The position numbers were made by a program, and so were the translations under genes. Of a stretch of DNA of 44,653 bases, positions 7,712 through 16,522 are shown one piece after another. The notes beneath the pieces are model-generated. The model searched no databases. It was not told where the DNA came from and saw only the letters and a program-made list of their open reading frames with translations. The stretch is from a virus, in the IMG/VR virus record IMGVR_UViG_3300013179_000001; one strand, written 5' to 3'. Numbering within the stretch: position 1 is the stretch's first letter; each line of letters starts with the position of its first letter.

Positions 7712-8193
7712 TGATTGACGTAATTACCCTGACTGGCGGACTACCTAGGGACGCGGAGCTACGCTTCACGCCTAATGGTGCCGCGGTGGCTAACTTCACC
7801 CTCGCTAATTCGGATAACAGGTTCGACCAAGAGCAGAATCAGTGGGTAAAGACTCGCAGCATGTACCTAGATGTGACCATCTGGAACGAGCAGGGCAATA
7901 AGCAGAATCCCACCCCGTGGGCTGAGATGGCCGCCGATTTGAAAAAGGGCGACCAGGTAGCCGTCACCGGCAAGCTGATTACGCGCACGTGGGAAACCAA
8001 AGAGGGGGAGAAGCGCAGCAAGGTGGAGTTTAACGCCATGCGCTACTACGTACTTCCCGCGGCACCACAACAGCAGCCCAGCCAGGCACAGCAGCAGTGG
8101 AACAACGCCGCACAGAACGGGCAGACAGCCACCAGCGGCGCATGGTCCACTCCACCAGCCCAGGCAGGCCAAGACCAAGCCCCTCCGTTCTAA
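7711..8193 (+). CDS. ssb: Single-stranded DNA-binding protein
   Basis: OB-fold signature LTGGLPRDAELRFTPNGAAVANFTLA, Q/G-rich linker, acidic/aromatic C-terminal tip QDQAPPF. Confidence 0.85.
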   Translation: MIDVITLTGGLPRDAELRFTPNGAAVANFTLANSDNRFDQEQNQWVKTRSMYLDVTIWNEQGNKQNPTPWAEMAADLKKGDQVAVTGKLITRTWETKEGEKRSKVEFNAMRYYVLPAAPQQQPSQAQQQWNNAAQNGQTATSGAWSTPPAQAGQDQAPPF

Positions 8194-8399
8194 TGGGCTA
8201 CATCGAGATTAAGGCCGCAGACCTCCCCAACTACAAAGGCAAACGCGTGGCCTTATTCCCCGCCGCCTTCGACCCGGACTCAATACCCGACCGCATCACC
8301 TACGCCGCCGAATACGACGGCACAGTTCACGGGGCCACCAGAGACGGACGCTTCGCCCTCAAAGCAACTTCAACCGTCCTCGTCGACCCCACAGCATAA
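8193..8399 (+). CDS. Hypothetical protein
   Basis: ATG overlapping ssb stop (TAATG). Confidence 0.45.
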   Translation: MGYIEIKAADLPNYKGKRVALFPAAFDPDSIPDRITYAAEYDGTVHGATRDGRFALKATSTVLVDPTA

Positions 8400-8461
8400 C
8401 CCCGCTGTTTAGGACCTCCACAGTCCACACGCGGGGCCTTTTCGTATGAAAGGAACCCAAA

Positions 8462-8881
8462 TTGCTTTATTACTCATTAGATAAGGATGCGCATCAGCCT
8501 CGGTTTGCTTATGAGGGTGATGCTGGCATGGACCTCGCCCTGAAACACGACCTGACGGTGCCCGTGGGCGCCCACAGGGTAGGCGATACCGGCGTGCATG
8601 TTGCTGTGCCCCGCGGGCATGTGGGCATGGTGTTTGTGCGCAGCTCCACCGGTATTAAGAGGCATCTGGTGCTTAGTAACGGCACCGGCATCATCGACTC
8701 CGGGTATCGCGGCCCCATCAAAGTCAGCCTGCACAACACCGGCAACGAGACCCAGCACATCACCGCCGGCGACTACATCGCACAACTCGTAGTAGTCCCC
8801 ATCGCCACCAACAACATCGCCGAAGTACCCCAACTCCCACACAGCGAACGCGGCACCAACGGCATCGGAAGCAGCAAATGA
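8462..8881 (+). CDS. dut: dUTP diphosphatase (dUTPase)
   Basis: Motifs AGMDLA, GIIDSGYRGP, RGTNGIGSS; TTG start with AAAGGAA RBS. Confidence 0.8.
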   Translation: MLYYSLDKDAHQPRFAYEGDAGMDLALKHDLTVPVGAHRVGDTGVHVAVPRGHVGMVFVRSSTGIKRHLVLSNGTGIIDSGYRGPIKVSLHNTGNETQHITAGDYIAQLVVVPIATNNIAEVPQLPHSERGTNGIGSSK

Positions 8882-9549
8882 ACCCCTACTACCAAGACGA
8901 CTACATCACCCTCTACCACGCAGACTGCCTACAGCATTTGGACATGCTCAACCAAGCAGACGTAATGGTCACAGACCCACCGTATGGAGTTAAAAACAGT
9001 TCCAGAAAAGGCGGATACAGAGGAGCAGGGTCACAAATCTACAATGCCTCTCCAATCGCAGGGGATACGACCCTAGAGGCTAGGGACAAAGTACTAGCAG
9101 CCTGGGGGACTGGCCCGGCAATAGTATTCGGAGTCTGGTCCCGGCCACGACCAACAGGAACTAAAAGCCGTCTTATCTGGTGGAAAAAAGGGTCTGCCCC
9201 CGGCCCCACATGTTCGGCTTTTATGACCCAAGATGAAGAAATCTACGTTCTGGGCAAGGGGTTTATTGCTACCTCGCCGCCGCAACGTTCCGTTATCGAA
9301 ACGTCGGAACCCCGGTCTATTGAAGTCGCAAAGATTGGGCATCCGACACCAAAGCCAGTTGGCCTTATGGAGACATTGATTAACCGCTGCCCCGAACACT
9401 GGGTGATTGTTGACCCGTTTGCGGGGTCTGGTTCCACGCTACGTGCCGCTAAGAACCTAGGGCGCAAGGCGATTGGGTTTGAGATTGAGGAAAAGTACTG
9501 CGAAATCACCGCGCAACGCCTGGCCCAAGAAACACTAGGAATCTTCTAA
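8878..9549 (+). CDS. DNA N6-adenine/N4-cytosine methyltransferase (beta-class, orphan)
   Basis: DPPYG (motif IV) preceding FAGSGST (motif I); no cognate restriction gene nearby. Confidence 0.8.
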   Translation: MNPYYQDDYITLYHADCLQHLDMLNQADVMVTDPPYGVKNSSRKGGYRGAGSQIYNASPIAGDTTLEARDKVLAAWGTGPAIVFGVWSRPRPTGTKSRLIWWKKGSAPGPTCSAFMTQDEEIYVLGKGFIATSPPQRSVIETSEPRSIEVAKIGHPTPKPVGLMETLINRCPEHWVIVDPFAGSGSTLRAAKNLGRKAIGFEIEEKYCEITAQRLAQETLGIF

Positions 9550-9695
9550 TGCCCACCCATCAGCAGCGTGAGGATATGCGGGCGTGGTTGGAATCGCAGG
9601 ACATTTACTGCGCCCGGCCCGCATTCCTCGACGCACTCATCCAGTTGTTCCAATCCATAGAGAAAGGAGGAGAAGACAATGCCAGTAAGTAAATC
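9549..9695 (+). CDS. Hypothetical small protein (48 aa)
   Basis: TAATG-coupled to methylase; overlaps start of HNH gene. Confidence 0.3.
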
Positions 9696-10236
9696 TTTGC
9701 GCTTTGAAGTTCTACGCCGAGACCAATTCACTTGCCGCTACTGCGGCTCAAAAGCCCCAGATGTGCAACTACACGTAGACCACGTTGTCCCCGCAGCGCT
9801 AGGCGGCCCTGACACCCCAGAAAACCTAGTAACAGCCTGCGTTGACTGCAACGCCGGGAAAGCGAACCGCATCCTAGACGAGGACACAGTATCTGACATT
9901 GCGGAAGATATTGAGAAATGGCAAAAGGCAAAAGACCTTGCCGCCCAAAAACGTCAAAACACCATTAAGAACGTAGCCGCAGTAGGAGAGTACTTCCTGT
10001 CGGTATGGCCGCAGCACCTTGATTACAGCCTGCCATTCAACTATCCGAAAATCATTTACAACTACATCGCCCAAGGAATCAGCCAAGACGAAATTGAACA
10101 CTTGGTCACGGTGGCCGTGAACTCGAATGCCCCGGCCGGTAGGAAGTTTCAATACTTCTGCGGCTGTTGCAGGAACGTCATTCGAGAAATTGAAGATTCC
10201 GCTCGCACCATAGAAGGAGGTGCCGATGATGCGTGA
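9679..10236 (+). CDS. HNH endonuclease (early-region copy)
   Basis: CRYCG...HVDHVVPAALGGPDTPENLVTACVDCN zinc-finger HNH motif; RBS GAAAGGAGGAGAAG. Confidence 0.75.
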   Translation: MPVSKSLRFEVLRRDQFTCRYCGSKAPDVQLHVDHVVPAALGGPDTPENLVTACVDCNAGKANRILDEDTVSDIAEDIEKWQKAKDLAAQKRQNTIKNVAAVGEYFLSVWPQHLDYSLPFNYPKIIYNYIAQGISQDEIEHLVTVAVNSNAPAGRKFQYFCGCCRNVIREIEDSARTIEGGADDA

Positions 10237-11326
10237 TTTTGCTCAGATTAAGTTGTCTATCTGGAATGACGATTCGTTCCTTGATTTAAGCAGTGATGCG
10301 CAGCTTCTCTACTTTGTGCTCATCTCGCACCCCACCATGAACCGCGCCGGGGTGGGGACGTGGCACGCTGGCCGACTGTCTGGGCTGTGTGCGTCGTGGT
10401 CCCGCCCGGTGGTGGAGGCCGCAGCCCGTGAACTCATTGATGGTCGTTTCATCGTGATTGATGAGGACACGGATGAGTTTCTGGTGCGTACTTTTGTGCG
10501 GCATGACGGGTTGATGAAGCAGCGGAATCTGGCGACGACTATGGCGCGTGAGTTTGCTGCGGTGGGGTCGCGGTCGATTAAGGGTGTTGTTGTGTGGGAG
10601 CTTCGGAGGCTGCATGAGGAGCACCCGGAGTTTAAGGGTTGGGAGTCTGATGAGGCGTTGGCGTTGTTGAAGAAACGCGCCATTGACCCTTCCAGTGACC
10701 CCTCGGTTGACCCCTCCATTCACCCTAAGGTTGACCCTAGCGTTGACCCCTCGGTTGACCCCTCCATTCACCCTAAGGTTGACCCTAGCGTTGACCCCTC
10801 GGCTGACCCTTACGTTAAGGGTGCCATTGACCCTAAGGTTCACCCCTCCATTGACCCTAGCGTTAAGGGTGAACCCAAGGGTTCGGTTGACCCTAGCGTT
10901 GACCCTAGCCCTACAACCGCAACCACAACCACAACCAATCTAAGACGATTTCAGGAGGGGGGAACGTCGGAAGGGGTTAAGGGGGTTCGGGGGAAAAGGG
11001 GAAACCAGGCAGCCGCCAACGACAGCTCGGAGTCGGAAGCATCGAACCCCCAACCTCAAAATCTGGACGAGTTAGCGGCGGCTCACGCCGCACGCACTCG
11101 ATGCCCCAAGCATCAACACATCCCGGCCGGCGAGTGGGTGGAGGAGGATTGCCGCGAATGCCAGAAACTCCGCCAGGGTGCTGAAGCAGAAGCGGAGCGT
11201 GAACGCGAAGCCACCCTTAAAGCTCGCCAAGAATGCGACCTGTGCGACCCCAACGGAATGCGCTACGAAGACGGCCAAGCATGGCGCTGTGACCACAAGC
11301 CACCAAGGAAGAAACCCCCATTCTGA
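10226..11326 (+). CDS. Replication initiator / replisome-organizer-like protein with internal DPSV tandem-repeat linker and C-terminal Cys-rich region
   Basis: N-terminus FAQIKLSIWNDDSFLDLSSDAQLLYFVLISH resembles phage replisome-organizer N-domain; ATG 10226 is 6 nt after GAAGGAGG (track GTG 10220 abuts RBS); CxxC...CxxC pairs at C-terminus. Confidence 0.55.
   Translation: MMRDFAQIKLSIWNDDSFLDLSSDAQLLYFVLISHPTMNRAGVGTWHAGRLSGLCASWSRPVVEAAARELIDGRFIVIDEDTDEFLVRTFVRHDGLMKQRNLATTMAREFAAVGSRSIKGVVVWELRRLHEEHPEFKGWESDEALALLKKRAIDPSSDPSVDPSIHPKVDPSVDPSVDPSIHPKVDPSVDPSADPYVKGAIDPKVHPSIDPSVKGEPKGSVDPSVDPSPTTATTTTTNLRRFQEGGTSEGVKGVRGKRGNQAAANDSSESEASNPQPQNLDELAAAHAARTRCPKHQHIPAGEWVEEDCRECQKLRQGAEAEAEREREATLKARQECDLCDPNGMRYEDGQAWRCDHKPPRKKPPF
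10685..10912 (+). repeat. Intragenic tandem repeat: 12-bp periodic units (~19 copies) including a perfect 48-bp unit duplicated at 10697-10744 and 10745-10792; iteron-like candidate origin
   Basis: Units GACCCCTCGGTT/GACCCCTCCATT/CACCCTAAGGTT/GACCCTAGCGTT read directly; encode DPSV/DPSI/HPKV peptide repeats. Confidence 0.8.
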
Positions 11327-11487
11327 TGAACCGAAAACTGTCTGCCGTCTACGCCCTGCTCGTGGTCTACATCGCCGCGCTCTGCGGGTGGGACCTCCAC
11401 GCCAACCACGACCCCATCAACATCCTGCTTAATGCCATCTCCCTCATCACAGTCACAATCCTCGTGTACGGCTTCGCCAGGGAATGA
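11327..11487 (+). CDS. Small membrane protein (52 aa)
   Basis: TGATG coupling to upstream gene; hydrophobic LSAVYALLVVYIAALCGW...ISLITVTILVYGF. Confidence 0.35.
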
Positions 11488-11543
11488 AAGAACCAACCCC
11501 AGAACGATAAACCAGCCCGCCAGAAGCCAAAGGAGCCACCATT

Positions 11544-11996
11544 TTGAGCAACACCAACTTTTTCACCACCGGAACACAACACAACAACCCCACCCGCTCC
11601 CTCGACCAAAAGCTTCGAGAACTACTTATCGGCCAAAAAGTCACCAAAGCCGACAACAACACCCTCACCCTCAACAACGGAGTAATCCTCGAACTCTACG
11701 AATCCGACCAAGACTGCTGCGCCCACGCCTACGGCACCTGGAAAATCACCAACCCCAACAACCTCGAAGCCGGAATCACCGACATCACCTACGAGCACGA
11801 CGCTGAAGAACACTCGGATGAGTCACAGACCAACACCCTCACCATCAGTCTTCTTCACAATCAAAACCCAATCGCCCAAGCCCACTGCCAAGCAGATGAC
11901 GGGAATGGTGGCTACTACTTCTCGGTGCTGTCCATGCGCGTCGCCATCAAAGGGCAAGAAAACAACCCCGACATCTTTCAGGTGCTAGAAGCATGA
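11544..11996 (+). CDS. Hypothetical protein
   Basis: TTG start with AAAGGAG RBS; 150 aa. Confidence 0.5.
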   Translation: MSNTNFFTTGTQHNNPTRSLDQKLRELLIGQKVTKADNNTLTLNNGVILELYESDQDCCAHAYGTWKITNPNNLEAGITDITYEHDAEEHSDESQTNTLTISLLHNQNPIAQAHCQADDGNGGYYFSVLSMRVAIKGQENNPDIFQVLEA

Positions 11997-12397
11997 CCAA
12001 CACCATCACTTTCCGCGTCTTTGGGGAACCCGCGCCCAAAGGTAGTAAACGTCACGTGGGTAACGGCAGGCTCATTGAGTCCTCGAAGAAACTCCCCGCC
12101 TGGATGCGAGCCGTCAAACAAGAAGCCGCCAAAAACCGGCCCAGCGAGCCGATAGACGGCCCCGCAACCATCCTCATGCACTTCTACCTACCCCGGCCTA
12201 AACGGCCCCGCTATGACGCCCCGGCAGTCAAGCCGGATGCCGACAAACTAGCCCGCTCAATTCTTGATGGCTTAGAAGCCGGAGGAATCCTCAAAAACGA
12301 CTCCCGCGTAACCCACCTCGAAGCCACCAAACACTACGCCACCAACGACACCCCACCCGGCGCCCACATCACCATCACATGGAAGGACACCCAATGA
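11993..12397 (+). CDS. rusA: RusA-like Holliday-junction resolvase (copy 1)
   Basis: FGEPAPKGSKRHV N-terminal motif and conserved acidic core D-x3-K/D; ends PPGAHITITW; ATGA coupling. Confidence 0.65.
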   Translation: MTNTITFRVFGEPAPKGSKRHVGNGRLIESSKKLPAWMRAVKQEAAKNRPSEPIDGPATILMHFYLPRPKRPRYDAPAVKPDADKLARSILDGLEAGGILKNDSRVTHLEATKHYATNDTPPGAHITITWKDTQ

Positions 12398-12532
12398 TTT
12401 ACCCCTGGCCCTTTGATGACACAGACGAACCCAACCCAGACGAACTCGAAGAACTCGAAGACGACTCCTGGAAAGACCGCGCCTACGACCTCTGGGCAGA
12501 CAGGTAAACACCAACCACCGAAAGGACACACC

Positions 12533-12922
12533 ATGACCAACCCATTCGACTGCATCGCTAACAACACCGCCCGCTACTTCACTCACCAGGGCATCAACTG
12601 CATGACACAGATGGGGCCGTTCACCATCAATGGGTATATCGAGCTTCCAGAAAACCACCCGTGGCTGGATTTCCCCGACATGATCGAGGTGCACCCCGAC
12701 ATCGAAGTTCACGGCGGAATCACCTACCACGAGGGCCGCGTAATCGGCTTCGACACCAACCATCTTGGGGACGGGCACCACCCCAGCGCAGAGCTTGCCT
12801 ACCAAACAGGAGGGATTGCAGAACTAAGCATGTTTGGGGAAATACCCCACATCTGGACGTGGGAAGAAGTCGAAGTAGAAACCCGCCGCCTAGCAGACCA
12901 AGCAAAGGACGCCACCAAATGA
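12533..12922 (+). CDS. Hypothetical protein
   Basis: ATG 12533 with GAAAGGACACACC RBS (track ORF starts earlier at low-complexity Met). Confidence 0.5.
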   Translation: MTNPFDCIANNTARYFTHQGINCMTQMGPFTINGYIELPENHPWLDFPDMIEVHPDIEVHGGITYHEGRVIGFDTNHLGDGHHPSAELAYQTGGIAELSMFGEIPHIWTWEEVEVETRRLADQAKDATK

Positions 12923-13296
12923 GCACACCAACCCGCCTAGACATCATCCGTGCACATCAAACGCTTAATGACCTCAGAATCTTCCTAAACGCTAAGGGAG
13001 AGCTTGACTCTGACACCATTAAATACACCATGAGCGTCATCAAAAAGGCCCTCCCGCCTAAGCCGGAGCCCACAATGGCCGACGTCGAATGGGACGACGA
13101 TAAGCACTACCTCGCAGAAGCAGAGAGTGCCCGATTCGGCAAAGTGGTCATGCTCGGTGAATCTTCTCCATCTACACAGATAGACATCTTGGTCAACAAT
13201 GACCAGGGGATAGGCTTTCAGCTCGAACACCCCGCAGACCTCACCCCGACCGGCAAGCGCTACACACTCACGGAGGTCGAAACCCATGCCAGCTAG
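12919..13296 (+). CDS. Hypothetical protein
   Basis: ATGA overlap with upstream gene. Confidence 0.5.
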   Translation: MSTPTRLDIIRAHQTLNDLRIFLNAKGELDSDTIKYTMSVIKKALPPKPEPTMADVEWDDDKHYLAEAESARFGKVVMLGESSPSTQIDILVNNDQGIGFQLEHPADLTPTGKRYTLTEVETHAS

Positions 13297-13423
13297 TCCA
13301 CACCCAACAAATGAGTTCGCATTCTTCCCAGACCCGTCGTGGACAATTCTCACCCCAGAAAATCTAGCCGCAATGGCTGAAGAAGCGGACCAAGAAAGCA
13401 GCCATCAAGGAGACCACAATGAC
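13286..13423 (+). CDS. Hypothetical small protein (45 aa)
   Basis: Overlapping ORF ending in ATGA with 13419 gene. Confidence 0.25.
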
Positions 13424-13769
13424 TGACCTCACCACCACCCACCTGAAATGCCTACTCGACCAATCCACACCAGGGCCGTGGGAAACGATAGAAGCGTACC
13501 CCGACGGAACACCCCGCTCGGACACGTCACGTCAGATAAGAAGCGCCGATGGCGAGTATTTGGGAATCATGTACGAGCTGGACGTGCGTCTAGCCGCCCT
13601 CGCCCCGGAACTCGCACAAGAAGTAATCCGTCTACGCGACGCACTCGGATACCTCGTAGAAGAAACACGGCTCGCCGCCGAAAATAGCGACGATGTAGTA
13701 GTCCAAAAGCGAGTAGCCGATGCCATAAAAACCACCGTCGCAAAAATCCAAGGAGACCACGATGAGTAA
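13419..13769 (+). CDS. Hypothetical protein
   Basis: RBS CAAGGAGACCACA-ATG. Confidence 0.5.
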   Translation: MTDLTTTHLKCLLDQSTPGPWETIEAYPDGTPRSDTSRQIRSADGEYLGIMYELDVRLAALAPELAQEVIRLRDALGYLVEETRLAAENSDDVVVQKRVADAIKTTVAKIQGDHDE

Positions 13770-14100
13770 GCAAGACCGGGCGGCAAAAGCAATCAAGTTT
13801 GGGATTGCACGCGGCTACACCCCCGAACAGATCGCCACGCTGCTAAACGAACTTAACCTACTTGCCGAAGACCTACTCGAACCGTCATACATCGTTACGG
13901 TGTACGAGCAGGAACACCGTGTATGGGACGCCACACTTGGATTCACAGCGGAGGCGCAAACCGGCAGCAGCGACATCAAAATCTGGTGTTACTACGAGCC
14001 GGGGGAGTCGCTCACCCTCGCGCAAGCGCGCACAATACGCCAAGCACTCCACGCCGCAGAAAACTACGCAGAAAACTACGCAGGAGACCACGATGGATAA
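13762..14100 (+). CDS. Hypothetical protein, member 1 of tandem paralogue trio (C-terminal T-x-AQAR-x-I/L-x-ALxAA motif)
   Basis: Same RBS context AGGAGACCACG-ATG as neighbours; C-terminal motif shared with 14093 and 14449 genes. Confidence 0.5.
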   Translation: MSKQDRAAKAIKFGIARGYTPEQIATLLNELNLLAEDLLEPSYIVTVYEQEHRVWDATLGFTAEAQTGSSDIKIWCYYEPGESLTLAQARTIRQALHAAENYAENYAGDHDG

Positions 14101-14452
14101 CCAAGTCCAAGCAGCGCAGGTAATCCGCACATGGCAGAAGCGGCACAAGAACGTGATGGATGATAATCCTGATTGGGCCGCGCAAAACCTCGCAATCGAC
14201 CTACACCAAGCAGGACTACTCGCGCCCGAGCGAATGATCCCACACCCGTACCCACCCAAGGACGTACACCAGCCCGCATGGGCACTACGAGACGCGGAAG
14301 ATTACCACTCCCGCAGTTGGGTATCCGTACTAGGCAAAAGAATCTGGATAACTGACAGTCACGGCTGGGGTAAATCCATGACCACCGACCAGGCCCGTGA
14401 CCTCGCCCACGCACTCCTAGCGGCCGCAAACCATGCGAAAGAGGAAGTATGA
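14093..14452 (+). CDS. Hypothetical protein, paralogue 2
   Basis: ATG 14093 overlapping upstream stop; GLLAPERMIPHP and TTDQARDLAHALLAAANHAKEE motifs. Confidence 0.5.
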   Translation: MDNQVQAAQVIRTWQKRHKNVMDDNPDWAAQNLAIDLHQAGLLAPERMIPHPYPPKDVHQPAWALRDAEDYHSRSWVSVLGKRIWITDSHGWGKSMTTDQARDLAHALLAAANHAKEEV

Positions 14453-14793
14453 GTATCGCAGACCGGGCAGCAGAGGTCATAGAGAAAGTGGCGCGAGAAT
14501 CAGAGACACCGGCCTTAACAGGCGCTTACGCAGCGTCTGCGCTTAAACAGGGAAACCTGCTTGCCCCAGACCTCCCTAAGCCAGACCGTATTAAACACAA
14601 GGCCATAACAGGGTGGTGGGGCGCAGCAGAACACGAGGGCGACACCAACCTAAAAGTAGACATCGTGGACGGTGAAATCTACGTCTGTACAGACATCCGG
14701 TCGTTCCCCGAAACACCAGACCAAGCCCGCCGCCTTGCCCTCGCATTGCTCGCAGCAGCTCAATACGCCGAAGAGGAGACCACCAATGACTGA
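14449..14793 (+). CDS. Hypothetical protein, paralogue 3
   Basis: GNLLAPDLPKPD and TPDQARRLALALLAAAQYAEEE motifs parallel to 14093 gene. Confidence 0.5.
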   Translation: MSIADRAAEVIEKVARESETPALTGAYAASALKQGNLLAPDLPKPDRIKHKAITGWWGAAEHEGDTNLKVDIVDGEIYVCTDIRSFPETPDQARRLALALLAAAQYAEEETTND

Positions 14794-15220
14794 AACTATT
14801 GAAGTACCTATCTCGCTCATCAAGGCGGGCGACCTCGACGCAATCCGCGAACTACTACCCACGCCGGAGACACTATTCGGCCGGTGGGCAACACACGTCG
14901 AGTATGGACGCGGAATCATTATCAGCGAATATCCAGACGAGGGCGATCTAGTCCGCTTTGCTTACAAAAATAAGTGCTTTAGCGGCGGAACAGACTGGGA
15001 ATGCGCATACCTTGAAGACCTCACCCTCGACCCGGTAGAACTCATCACCGTTGAGGACTTCGAGAACGCACCAGCAGGCACCATCGTGGCGAATGGCGGG
15101 CGCTCCCCTTATGTGAAGCGGGTGCCGGGTGATTGGGAGGACACATTTAACGGTGTGCACTCCGCCGTGAAACTAGCAGGTATCTCTCTCAAGGTGCTCC
15201 GCTGGGGGTGGGGCGAATGA
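14786..15220 (+). CDS. Hypothetical protein
   Basis: ATGA coupling; 144 aa. Confidence 0.5.
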   Translation: MTETIEVPISLIKAGDLDAIRELLPTPETLFGRWATHVEYGRGIIISEYPDEGDLVRFAYKNKCFSGGTDWECAYLEDLTLDPVELITVEDFENAPAGTIVANGGRSPYVKRVPGDWEDTFNGVHSAVKLAGISLKVLRWGWGE

Positions 15221-15411
15221 GCAAGCGTTACAAAGTCTTCACTACCAAGGGGACAGCAAGGACTTGGACATATGCGGGCGTGTATTGCACCTTCGACGAA
15301 GCCCTAGAAGCAGTAAACCAGCTCGCACAAGATAACCCCGGGCATGACCGACGGATCGTCAAAATAGTCACAACCGAGGTTTACCACTCCGCGGAGGACA
15401 CCAATGACTAA
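15217..15411 (+). CDS. Hypothetical small protein
   Basis: ATGA coupling. Confidence 0.45.
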   Translation: MSKRYKVFTTKGTARTWTYAGVYCTFDEALEAVNQLAQDNPGHDRRIVKIVTTEVYHSAEDTND

Positions 15412-15757
15412 GACACTCGCAGACCTCGCGCCCCACGAACGTGACGAACATGTAGGCACATGGGTAGACGTGCCGTACAAACCGCACCCCGTCATCTACA
15501 TGGGTGATTTCGAAAGCACAGGCGCTATCAAGTACGGCGCAGTAATCCTCGACCCACGCTACGGCACCAACTACGAGCGGCTCGACGACTGCACACTACG
15601 CCCCGACCTACCCCGCGCATGGAACCCAAACGGCACCCCAACCGCAGGCATGTGGGAATACGACACCCTACCCGCAGACGACGCAGCAAACCCCACAGGC
15701 AAAGAGATAGTAGACCGTCGCTGGGTCGGAGAATGGGAGGAAGCCCCCAATGACTAA
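15404..15757 (+). CDS. Hypothetical protein
   Basis: RBS GAGGACACCA-ATG. Confidence 0.5.
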   Translation: MTKTLADLAPHERDEHVGTWVDVPYKPHPVIYMGDFESTGAIKYGAVILDPRYGTNYERLDDCTLRPDLPRAWNPNGTPTAGMWEYDTLPADDAANPTGKEIVDRRWVGEWEEAPND

Positions 15758-15896
15758 CATGACCCCAGAAGAAGCACGACGCTGGCTAAAAGAGGGAATG
15801 GAAAACGGCAGCGTCCCACAACTTCACGCCCGCCGCGCCCTCGAAACCATCGCAGCGATGGGAGAAAAAGACAGCTCCGAAACGCCGCCACAATAG
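15750..15896 (+). CDS. Hypothetical small protein (48 aa)
   Basis: RBS GGGAGGAAG; followed by intrinsic terminator. Confidence 0.35.
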   Translation: MTNMTPEEARRWLKEGMENGSVPQLHARRALETIAAMGEKDSSETPPQ

Positions 15897-15908
15897 ACCT
15901 GACCACCA

Positions 15909-15937
15909 GACCCCGCCACACAGCGGGGTCTTTTCTT
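15909..15937 (+). terminator. Rho-independent terminator (GACCCCGC-CACACA-GCGGGGTC + TTTTCTT)
   Basis: 8-bp perfect stem, 6-nt loop, T-tract read directly. Confidence 0.55.
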
Positions 15938-15957
15938 ATGCCCAAAGGAGAAACACA

Positions 15958-16080
15958 TGAAGAAACCACGCCACTATCGACACAACCTCCACATGCCACG
16001 CCCAGCACGCGAACTCATCAAAAAATACCGCCACGAAAAGAACACCAACCGTCCACGACCCACAATTCTCTACCGCTAAG
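15958..16080 (+). CDS. Small highly basic protein (40 aa)
   Basis: AAAGGAG RBS 7 nt before ATG; the overlapping track ORF at 15938 lacks an RBS. Confidence 0.4.
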
Positions 16081-16089
16081 GAAACCACC

Positions 16090-16284
16090 ATGGGCCACCT
16101 ACACGCCCCAGCAGGCACACCATTCATCGCCAGCGTTTGTGGCGGCATACCCCAACTCGTAGTGCGCACCCACCACGCCACCGAGCACCAGGCTTGGTGG
16201 TACCTCAACGGCACCCAATGGCTCCAAACCGACCACCAAGACCTGGACTACATCATCCCACTAGAGGTAACCCCGCATGTTTAA
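16090..16284 (+). CDS. Hypothetical small protein
   Basis: RBS CTAAGGAAACCACC-ATG. Confidence 0.45.
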   Translation: MGHLHAPAGTPFIASVCGGIPQLVVRTHHATEHQAWWYLNGTQWLQTDHQDLDYIIPLEVTPHV

Positions 16285-16522
16285 ACCCAAAGTCTGCAAA
16301 GCCCAACCACTCGCGTCCACCAGCGGACCCACGTGGGGAGTGGTAGCCGGCGCATACTTCTACCCCCTAGGTGACCACACAGCCGCCCTATGCGCCGCAC
16401 ACATCGTCGCCCTCCACCCGCGAGCCCTCACCGTCCTAGGAATCGACCGCTACTGGGCAGACCGCATCACCCTCACACGCGACCTACCTGCCACCACCCT
16501 CACCCACAGAGGCTGGCTATGA
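16277..16522 (+). CDS. Hypothetical protein
   Basis: Overlapping coupled start. Confidence 0.45.
   Translation: MFKPKVCKAQPLASTSGPTWGVVAGAYFYPLGDHTAALCAAHIVALHPRALTVLGIDRYWADRITLTRDLPATTLTHRGWL

Noticed and set aside
15938-16162. 74-aa track ORF MPKGETHEETT...
   Set aside because: Low-complexity Pro/Thr/His composition and no RBS; the AAAGGAG-preceded ATG at 15958 in another frame (40-aa basic protein) and the 16090 ORF are better supported
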